Origin: Abditibacteriaceae bacterium
GTDB lineage: Bacteria > Armatimonadota > Abditibacteriia > Abditibacteriales > Abditibacteriaceae
Direction: 5' to 3'
Assembly: GCA_031372065.1 (NCBI GenBank)
Contig: JANMKN010000238.1
Span: 1-24,087, forward strand
Length of the DNA: 24,087 bases
In this document: in pieces, positions 17,069-24,087 of the stretch
Numbering within the stretch: position 1 is the first letter of the stretch
Layout: the number at the start of each line of letters is the position of its first letter
Notes under the pieces: model-generated
What the model was told of the DNA's origin: nothing
What the model saw: the letters and a program-made list of their open reading frames with translations, nothing else
The model's database searches: none
Translations under genes and position numbers: made by a program

Positions 17069-18691
17069 ATGGCCCGGCCCGGTTTTGATGCTTTAACGTT
17101 GCGCGCCCTCGCGCACGAACTCCAAATTTTTGTTGGCGCCCGCTTGCAAGGCGTGCGACAGCCCAATGCATTTCAAGTTGTTTTTGAAATCTATCGTTCG
17201 GGCGCGGGCGAAGCGCGTTGGCTGTTCGATTGTTCGACCGGCAACCCTCTGGGTGGGGGGCGCACGCATCTCACCAAAGCGCGCGTGCCCAATGCACCTT
17301 CGCCGCCTGCGTTTTGTGCGTCGCTGCGAAAATTCGTCGAAAGCGGCACGATTTTATCAATCGAGCAGCGCGGTTTTGACCGTATTTTAGATGTTCTCAT
17401 TCGCGGCTACGAAGGGCACGAATATCTTTTTAGCGCCGAATTTATGGGTCGCCATAGCAATTTGATTTTGCTTGGCCCACAAGAAAATAGTGAGCGGCCT
17501 ATTTTGCACGCCGCGAAATTAATTACGGCCAAAGTTAGCCGCCTGCGCGAAGTTTTGCCGGGCAAAATTTATATTCCTCCTCCCGCGCCGACAGAGCCGA
17601 ATTCGTTTCACTTGAGCGGGTTTTTGAAAGAAGAAATCAAGTTGCGCGGCGACGATTCGCTTTTAGAAGCGGCCCGCAAAAACCAGTGGCAGCCGGTTTT
17701 GTTGCGTGATGAAAACGGAAATCTCGCGGGCGCCTATCCTTTGCGATTGCAAAGCTGGAAAGGCGCGCAAGAAGGGCGCGAAACTTTGTCGCAAGCGTTG
17801 GATGAGTGGTATTCGTTTGCCGTCCCACGCGCGGAATTGGAAAACCAAAAGCGCACATTAGAAGGCGTGTTGAACAAAGCGTGGCAGCAGCGCGCGCAAG
17901 CCATCGCGCAAATCGAACACGGACAAAGCGAAAGTTCGCGCTCCGGTCAAATGCGTCGTCAGGGCGAACTGATTTTAGCCAACTTGTGGCAACTGCAAAG
18001 CGGGCAGGGCAGCGCCGTAATCAGCGATTATTTTCAAGACCCGCCAGTTGACATCACTATTCAACTGGACGCCGATTTATCGCCGCAGGAAAATGCCAAT
18101 CGCCTTTTTGAACGCGCGCGCCACGGCGAAAAAAACCGCGCGCGATTAGAAGAACTGCACGCCAAAATGATGGACGAAATCGGCGCCATCGAAGATGCAC
18201 AAGGACAATTGCAAACCGCAATTTCGCTTGAAGAAACAACGACTTTGCGCGAACTGATCGCCAAAAATGGTTGGTTTCAAAGTCAGCAATCTTCACCGGA
18301 AAAAGCCGCGCGTGCTGCCGATTTTGGCGGCAAGAAAATTCGCTCTTACCTGTCGCCCGAAGGCTGGCAAATTTTTGTTGGTGACAACGCCGAAGCCAAC
18401 GATTATTTGGTGCAACGTGTGGGACAATCAAACGATTGGTGGCTGCATTTGCGCGCTGGAACCAGTGCGCACGCTGTTATAAAAACCAATAACGCGCCGC
18501 TGAAAGTGCCGCGTGAAACTTTGGAATTCGCCGCGCGCCTTGTGGTGCAACGCAGCGCCGCCAAACACGCGGGCGTTGTCGCGGTAGATTACACACTCAA
18601 AAAACACGTCCGCAAACCACGCCGCGCCGCGCCCGGCAGCGTGACATATTCGCACGAAAAAACTTTGCACGTTGGGCCGGAAGCGGCTTGA
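17069..18691 (+). CDS. rqcH: Ribosome quality-control protein RqcH/Rqc2 (NFACT, FbpA/PavA-like)
   Basis: FDALTL N-terminus, FCASLRK, FDRIL, EFMGRHSNLIL, LSPQENANRLF, VGDNAEANDYL, WWLH...SAHAVI, VDYT..K.VRKP. Start at 17069. Confidence 0.9.
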   Translation: MARPGFDALTLRALAHELQIFVGARLQGVRQPNAFQVVFEIYRSGAGEARWLFDCSTGNPLGGGRTHLTKARVPNAPSPPAFCASLRKFVESGTILSIEQRGFDRILDVLIRGYEGHEYLFSAEFMGRHSNLILLGPQENSERPILHAAKLITAKVSRLREVLPGKIYIPPPAPTEPNSFHLSGFLKEEIKLRGDDSLLEAARKNQWQPVLLRDENGNLAGAYPLRLQSWKGAQEGRETLSQALDEWYSFAVPRAELENQKRTLEGVLNKAWQQRAQAIAQIEHGQSESSRSGQMRRQGELILANLWQLQSGQGSAVISDYFQDPPVDITIQLDADLSPQENANRLFERARHGEKNRARLEELHAKMMDEIGAIEDAQGQLQTAISLEETTTLRELIAKNGWFQSQQSSPEKAARAADFGGKKIRSYLSPEGWQIFVGDNAEANDYLVQRVGQSNDWWLHLRAGTSAHAVIKTNNAPLKVPRETLEFAARLVVQRSAAKHAGVVAVDYTLKKHVRKPRRAAPGSVTYSHEKTLHVGPEAA

Positions 18692-18706
18692 TGAAGCGGC
18701 TTGATT

Positions 18707-19099
18707 ATGAAAAGCGAAAAATGGCACAAAGCGGCAGCGGCGTATTTGCTTTTGCAGTCGTTGGCCGTTGCAGGGTGGTGGATGGTGCTGTTTATTCAAC
18801 CGCAGTGGCGCCTTTATTTTCGGCCCGCTTCCGCGCCGGATGCGGTGTTATTGGCGTTTGTTTTGCCCGATTTGGTTTTTGTTGTTGGAGCCGCTTTAGG
18901 CGCAGCGTGGAACTTTATGCAACATCCTAAAGCGGCGTTGTTGCCATTATCTTTGCACACGGGCGGCGTGGTTTACGCCACTCTATTTTGCATCGCGCAG
19001 TGGGCGTTTAGTGGCGAAGCCGTCGCCGGTGCGATTTTCATGACGCCTTGTGCCGTAATTTCATCGGTGATTTTAGGAAAACTGTGCCGCGAAAAGTGA
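18707..19099 (+). CDS. Hypothetical membrane protein (4 TM)
   Basis: Four hydrophobic segments; ATG at 18707. Confidence 0.7.
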   Translation: MKSEKWHKAAAAYLLLQSLAVAGWWMVLFIQPQWRLYFRPASAPDAVLLAFVLPDLVFVVGAALGAAWNFMQHPKAALLPLSLHTGGVVYATLFCIAQWAFSGEAVAGAIFMTPCAVISSVILGKLCREK

Positions 19100-19121
19100 T
19101 TGTGCAAAGGCTCGACAATTT

Positions 19122-19727
19122 GTGAAACGTCTCTCATTGCTTCAATATTCTTATGCGATTTTCGAGAAAGTGCATGGCGAAGCGCGTCCGGCCCGCTTTG
19201 CCATCAATTGCCGCAAGACGGTGTTGCAAACTCTGGTCATGTGGCTAATTTTTTTAGCAATTGGCCCTTTTGTGGTCTGGCAAATCGAAACAGCACTCTC
19301 TTTTTCTCGTTGGCGTTTTACATTTGCATATCAAGCTGTGCTGGGAAATTTTCTATTTTGCAGCGGCGCCGCGTTGGCGTGGACAAGCGCTTATTTTTTA
19401 ATCTCGCGCGGGCAGGGCACACCGCTTCCTTCCCAAGCGCCGCGCCATTTTGTCGTCGCCGGACCATATCGCTATGTCCGCAATCCGATGGCAATGGGTA
19501 GCTTGGGGCAAGGTATTGCCATCGGCATCGGACTCGGTTCGCCCTTGGTTTTGCTTTACGTTCTTTGCGGCATATTGATGTGGAATTATGTGGCGCGTCC
19601 GTGGGAAGAATTCGATTTAACGCGGCGCTTTGGTGCGTCGTATGAGCTTTATCGCCAAAGCGTGCGTTGCTGGCTGCCGCGCTGTCATGCTTACGGCGGC
19701 GAATGTAAAATAAAAGGCGACCAATAA
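19122..19727 (+). CDS. Isoprenylcysteine carboxyl methyltransferase / PEMT family membrane protein
   Basis: GQGTPLP, VVAGPYRYVRNPMA, EEFDLTRRFGASYELYRQSVRCWLP. Start uncertain. Confidence 0.85.
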   Translation: MKRLSLLQYSYAIFEKVHGEARPARFAINCRKTVLQTLVMWLIFLAIGPFVVWQIETALSFSRWRFTFAYQAVLGNFLFCSGAALAWTSAYFLISRGQGTPLPSQAPRHFVVAGPYRYVRNPMAMGSLGQGIAIGIGLGSPLVLLYVLCGILMWNYVARPWEEFDLTRRFGASYELYRQSVRCWLPRCHAYGGECKIKGDQ

Positions 19728-19748
19728 TTGCTTGCTCCCTTTTGAACC

Positions 19749-20138
19749 ATGATAAAAACTGGCATTCTCAACCCGAATCTGCTCTGCCTTTTAGCGCGGG
19801 TGCGGCACACCAACACCATCGTCATTGCAGATCGCGGCTTTCCGTTTTGGCCGCAGATTGAAACGGTGGATATTTCGCTGGTGGACGACATTCCCAGTGT
19901 TTTGCAAGTGTTGGAAGCCTTGCGCGGAAATTTTGTGGTTGGTCAGGCGTGGATGGCTGAAGAGTTTTTGCAAAATAATGCGCAAGCGACGCAACGCCAA
20001 TTTGCCGATGCGCTGAATGGCATCGCGCTGTCGCACGAGCCGCACAGCGAATTCAAAAAGCGCGTGCCGCACGCCATTGGTTTGATTCGCAGCGGCGATA
20101 CAACGCAATACGCCAACATAATTTTGGAATCGGCATGA
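19749..20138 (+). CDS. rbsD: RbsD/FucU family sugar pyranase/mutarotase
   Basis: MIKTGILNP, RHTNTIVIADRGFP, HSEFKK, IRSGDTTQYANIILES. Confidence 0.85.
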   Translation: MIKTGILNPNLLCLLARVRHTNTIVIADRGFPFWPQIETVDISLVDDIPSVLQVLEALRGNFVVGQAWMAEEFLQNNAQATQRQFADALNGIALSHEPHSEFKKRVPHAIGLIRSGDTTQYANIILESA

Positions 20139-20788
20139 AACTTATTGATCTCTCGCAGCCGGTTTATCACGAGTGCCCGAATTGTCCGGTGCATCCGCTG
20201 GTGAAAGTCGAAAATTTGTCCACGCATGAGCCGGATGGTTGGCTGTGCGAAAAATTCACGCTATCCAATCATACCGGCAGCCATGTGGATGCGCCGCTGC
20301 ACAAAATTGCGGGCGCGGCCAGCATCAGCGAGATTCCCTTGGAAAGTTGGGTCGGCCCCGCCTGCATCGCCGATTTGCGCGATTGCGTGGCGAATCAGGC
20401 TATCGAAGCGGCGCTTTTACAATCGCGCTTACCGCAAGACTTGCGCGATAAAATCGTGCTTTTAGCGACGGGTTGGGGCCAGAAACGCGCGCGCAGCGAA
20501 GAATGGCTGTATCAATCGCCGTATTTATCGCCCGATGGCGCACGATTTCTTGTGGATAAAGGAGTGCGCGGCGTTGGCATAGATCATTATTCCATCGGCG
20601 GCATTGCCGAATGGAACGAAAAAACTCACACGGTTTTACTGGGCGCGGGCTTGTGGATTGTTGAAGAATTGCATTTCGCGCCCGAAGTTTTTGAATTACC
20701 TCAGCCCGTGCAATTTTGGGCGTTACCAGTCAATTTTCAAGGTGCCACCGGCGCTTTTTGCCGTCCCGTAATTGTTAGTGGTCAGTGA
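20135..20788 (+). CDS. Cyclase family metal-dependent hydrolase (KynB-like)
   Basis: LIDLSQ, HTGSHVDAPLH, GVGID, H..LL....IVE. ATGA overlap with rbsD. Confidence 0.88.
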   Translation: MKLIDLSQPVYHECPNCPVHPLVKVENLSTHEPDGWLCEKFTLSNHTGSHVDAPLHKIAGAASISEIPLESWVGPACIADLRDCVANQAIEAALLQSRLPQDLRDKIVLLATGWGQKRARSEEWLYQSPYLSPDGARFLVDKGVRGVGIDHYSIGGIAEWNEKTHTVLLGAGLWIVEELHFAPEVFELPQPVQFWALPVNFQGATGAFCRPVIVSGQ

Positions 20789-20854
20789 GCAGTGTTCGGT
20801 GGTCGGTAAGAACGGCCCCTGACGCATGACCTCTGACCTCTGACCCCTGACCAA
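20775..20854. repeat. Two opposed heptamer arrays (5 + 5 units)
   Basis: TTAGTGG TCAGTGA GCAGTGT TCGGTGG TCGGTAA (20775-20809), then TGACGCA TGACCTC TGACCTC TGACCCC TGACCAA (20820-20854). Confidence 0.7.
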
Positions 20855-20855
20855 C

Positions 20856-21875
20856 ATGAAAACCATCATTTTAAACGAGCCGGAAAATCTGGCTTATATT
20901 GAAACTGCGCTTCCTGCCATGCCCAAAGCGGGCGAGGCACTGGTAAAAGTGCATCGCGTCGGCATTTGCGGCACGGATTTGCACGCGTTTCGCGGACGAC
21001 AGCCGTTTTTCACATATCCGCGTATTTTAGGTCACGAACTCGGCGTCGAAATTATTGAATTAGGCTCGCCGTCGGCCCATTTAAAAGTCGGCGACAAATG
21101 CGCGGTGGAGCCGTATTTGAATTGTGGAAATTGCATCGCGTGTCGTCGCGGCAAGCCGAATTGCTGCGCGAGTTTGCAGGTTTTGGGCGTTCATGCCGAT
21201 GGCGGAATGCGTGAGTTTTTCGTTGTGCCGCAACATAAATTGCATAAGTCGGACAAATTGACTTTTGAGCAATTAGCTTTAGTTGAAACGCTTGGCATCG
21301 GCGCGCATGGCGTGGCGCGGGCGCAAATTGAAGCGGGCGAAAACGCATTGGTTATCGGCGCCGGGCCGATTGGCTTGTCTGTGATTCAATTCGCGCTCGA
21401 AGCCGGCGCGCGCGTGATTGTTTTGGATGTCAACGAAAATCGTTTGCACTTTTGCCGCGAACAATTGGGCGCTCAAGAAACTGTTTTATTCGGCGAAAAT
21501 ACGCTGACGGAAATTGAAAAACTGACCAACGGCGACTTACCGACGGTAGTTTTTGACGCCACGGGTAATGTCGCTTCGATGGAAGGTGCTTTTCAATTCG
21601 TGGCGCCGGGTGGCCGCATGGTTTTTGTGGGCCTTGTGCAAGCCGATATTAAATTCCACGACCCGTTTTTCCATCGCCGCGAAATGACTTTGCTCGGCAG
21701 TCGAAACGCCACGCCGCAAGATTTTCATCGCATTATTGCGCTCATGGAAGACGGCAAAATTGACACAACACCGTGGATTACGCATCGCAGCGAATTTGAC
21801 GATCTTATTGCTAACTTTCCTGATTGGCTCAACCCACAAACCGGTGTCATCAAAGCGGTGCTGCATTTATGTTGA
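20856..21875 (+). CDS. Zinc-binding alcohol/sugar-acid dehydrogenase (MDR family)
   Basis: GICGTDLH, LGHE, CGNCIACRRGKPNCC, GAGPIG. Confidence 0.93.
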   Translation: MKTIILNEPENLAYIETALPAMPKAGEALVKVHRVGICGTDLHAFRGRQPFFTYPRILGHELGVEIIELGSPSAHLKVGDKCAVEPYLNCGNCIACRRGKPNCCASLQVLGVHADGGMREFFVVPQHKLHKSDKLTFEQLALVETLGIGAHGVARAQIEAGENALVIGAGPIGLSVIQFALEAGARVIVLDVNENRLHFCREQLGAQETVLFGENTLTEIEKLTNGDLPTVVFDATGNVASMEGAFQFVAPGGRMVFVGLVQADIKFHDPFFHRREMTLLGSRNATPQDFHRIIALMEDGKIDTTPWITHRSEFDDLIANFPDWLNPQTGVIKAVLHLC

Positions 21876-21903
21876 GGTTAGCAACGCCGAAATAATTGGC
21901 GTG

Positions 21904-23985
21904 TTATCCCGCCAGCAATTGATGCGAAGTGCGGCCTTGCCAGCCGTCTATGAGAAGCCAGAACAAGATCATCACGACTTCGCCTAAAATCAGTCCTAAA
22001 AACGCGGGCGTTAATTTGCGATACGAATCGGCGCCGCCGAAACGCATGATTAAACATTTGCAAGCCCAGCCGAGAAAAATCGAAAACCATAGTCGGCTGA
22101 CCGGATAGGAAAGTCCCATCAGCAAGCCGAGCGGGTGCAAGGGAAACCACAAAAAATGCGCCCGCGCCAGCATCATGCCTTGCGTCATCAGACCGCCTAA
22201 AACCAGCCAGAAGCCATTGCTCATGCTGAACTGCGGCAAGCCTTGCGACAGCGGCACGATGGTTGTCATCGGCAGTTGCGCGCCAGCAGTGGTGACCCAT
22301 TGATTTTGCAGTTGCAGCCCGCCGTAGAGGTAGCCCATGCGCACGCGCATAAACAGCGTCATGGCGAAGGATAGGGAAATGCAACTAAAAATGAGAGTCC
22401 ATAAAGACCGCGCTTTGATGCCATAATCGCGCGCTAATTTGAAGGAATGCAAAAAACCGGGTAGCAGCATCGAACGGTTATCGGTGCCTATGGAAGCCTG
22501 CACAAACGCGGCGGGCACCAGCGACGAAGTAGGCAGCCATGTTCCGGCGCCCGCACCAAAGATTTGCGCCACCGGCCCCAGCGCTGTCCAGCCTTGCGAC
22601 GAAAACAAAATCCCGCCTTCAGCCACAATGCGCGTTAAGCCGAGCGCCATCACTAAATACGCTGTCCACATCCACAGAGCGACGTGCAGCGCGATGCCCG
22701 CGCACACGCTCCAGCCCAATATAAAAGTCGCGGAGAAAATAAAGCCCCAAAACGCCAACGGATAAGAAAGCGCCTCGTATTTTTCGTCGTCGGTGGGCGG
22801 CGCGGCATGCGTATAAAAATGAAAGGCGCGCCTTGTCACATGGCGCAAATGTTCGCGCGCTGTCCAAAGCAAAAGCACCGCGTAAACCAAAAATGCGCCG
22901 ATGACTTGATAAATAGCGAAGACCTTGGTTTGCCCCGTCACTCCAATGGCAATCGGCAGGGTATTCGGCGGAAAACCAAGATAATAAAGCGAAATGTATT
23001 GCCACTTGAAGAACCAGAAAAAGAACCACAACGAAAAGGCAATTTCGCCAGTAAGAAGGTAACTCACGCCCACCGCGATGAAATTAAAGACAACCGGCAC
23101 AGTGCCGATTTGATTCCACGGTGCTTCGCTAAGAAGCGGTGCAGTTTGCAATTCGAGCGGCACCAGCGGCACATCGGGAAAGTAAAAATTGAGGCCGTTT
23201 ATAAAATGAACGATTATCGCAAGCGCAAAGCCTGTCAACATCAGCGGATTGCGAAAAAAGGACGCGTCCTTTTTCATTCTTCCCTCATTCGTTGCTGCTT
23301 CGTTCGCCATTTCAATGGGCAAGCGAAGCAGCGGAAAGGCCAATGCTTCGCGTTCGGCCCACTGAGCGCGCAAGATGACACCAAGACAGCCGAGCATCAA
23401 ATAAACTGCGAAAATCAGGCTGCCCCACGCCAAAAGCGGCATTAGCCACGCGCCCCACGGAATGTTTTTGTCGCCGGTTGGCAAACCGACATACCAATCT
23501 TCCACTACGCGCGCGTTGTAAGTGCCGTTGGCGTTCAAGGCCGGTGTCAGCCACGTTTTGAGATGCGGAAAGAGCCACTCCGTCCACTTGTTTTCGCGTG
23601 TGGCAAAATAAAACGGCGCGATGATTTGCGTCACGATAAAAGCGGGCGCGCCATGTCCCGGCACCATCGTCGAAAACAGGCAGCAAATGTAAACCGTCAG
23701 CAGTTCATTGCGCGCAAACGCCCATTGGCGATGCAGCAGTTTTAAAAGAGGATTGACGAATAAGGCCAACACCAAAATCACCGCAAGCGCGCCCGGCGGC
23801 AAATGCGTTGAGCCGAGATAAGTGTTGAACAACTTGATGTCTATAATCGGAATGACGTAGCCGAAAAAGACCGCTAACGACAAGCAAAGCAGCACCACGC
23901 GTCGCGTGATGCCGTGATTTGAATTCACTCCGGGTGAGTTAGAAGAAGACGAATTAACGGCAAATCCTTTGGTGCAGTCATTCAC
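21904..23985 (-). CDS. Large polytopic membrane protein, DUF6785/DUF6784-like putative transporter
   Basis: Many TM segments; RAQWAEREALAFPL, RIVAEGG, WFPLHPLG, FLGW..K..I.RFGG...YRK..P.FLGLILGE motifs. Family recalled from memory; start uncertain. Confidence 0.7.
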   Translation of the reverse strand: MNDCTKGFAVNSSSSNSPGVNSNHGITRRVVLLCLSLAVFFGYVIPIIDIKLFNTYLGSTHLPPGALAVILVLALFVNPLLKLLHRQWAFARNELLTVYICCLFSTMVPGHGAPAFIVTQIIAPFYFATRENKWTEWLFPHLKTWLTPALNANGTYNARVVEDWYVGLPTGDKNIPWGAWLMPLLAWGSLIFAVYLMLGCLGVILRAQWAEREALAFPLLRLPIEMANEAATNEGRMKKDASFFRNPLMLTGFALAIIVHFINGLNFYFPDVPLVPLELQTAPLLSEAPWNQIGTVPVVFNFIAVGVSYLLTGEIAFSLWFFFWFFKWQYISLYYLGFPPNTLPIAIGVTGQTKVFAIYQVIGAFLVYAVLLLWTAREHLRHVTRRAFHFYTHAAPPTDDEKYEALSYPLAFWGFIFSATFILGWSVCAGIALHVALWMWTAYLVMALGLTRIVAEGGILFSSQGWTALGPVAQIFGAGAGTWLPTSSLVPAAFVQASIGTDNRSMLLPGFLHSFKLARDYGIKARSLWTLIFSCISLSFAMTLFMRVRMGYLYGGLQLQNQWVTTAGAQLPMTTIVPLSQGLPQFSMSNGFWLVLGGLMTQGMMLARAHFLWFPLHPLGLLMGLSYPVSRLWFSIFLGWACKCLIMRFGGADSYRKLTPAFLGLILGEVVMILFWLLIDGWQGRTSHQLLAG

Positions 23986-24024
23986 AGGTGCATGGAATTT
24001 TACACGCCATCAGATAAGACCGCG

Positions 24025-24055
24025 AGCGGGTGCCCCTTGATAAGCGGCACCCGCT
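24025..24055. other. GC-rich hairpin (possible terminator or REP-like element)
   Basis: AGCGGGTGCC-C-CTT-GAT-AAG-C-GGCACCCGCT; no clear U-tract on either side. Confidence 0.5.
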
Positions 24056-24087
24056 GGTCAAACGGCAATATTCATTCTTCTTTCAGC

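Noticed and set aside
16919..17166. Overlapping extensions of the rqcH and phosphatase ORFs
   Set aside because: Family-like sequence begins at 17069 and 17034; the extensions are antisense read-through.
22684..23445. 253-aa basic plus-strand ORF
   Set aside because: Antisense shadow of a hydrophobic membrane gene, which explains the K/R richness.

Overview
Bacterial chromosomal window of moderately high GC, with a somewhat AT-richer block at about 12.6-16.3 kb. Gene content (DUF1559 pilin-like protein, CRTAC1/ASPIC protein, large secreted CAZyme-like proteins, DUF6785-like membrane protein) is consistent with an Armatimonadota/Abditibacteriota-type organism; this is inference only. A minus-strand run (nucleoside-type ABC permease, tandem PTPS, folE, M20 amidohydrolase, fused ahbAB, partial recX) is followed by a FetB-like permease, two secreted glycoside-hydrolase-like genes, an FMN reductase, a CRTAC1/lipoprotein/DUF1559 block with twin palindromic operators, a dual-specificity phosphatase divergent from rqcH, an ICMT-like pair, rbsD/cyclase/Zn-dehydrogenase and a large membrane protein. 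The most unusual feature is a self-contained cassette at 5140-5927: its own promoter, a strong RBS and a 160-aa helical hypothetical protein, followed immediately by an array of about 11 21-bp palindromic units in mixed orientation. A second, decayed array of the same 21-bp palindromic design but unrelated sequence lies at 289-490. No rRNA, tRNA, CRISPR or transposase was recognised.
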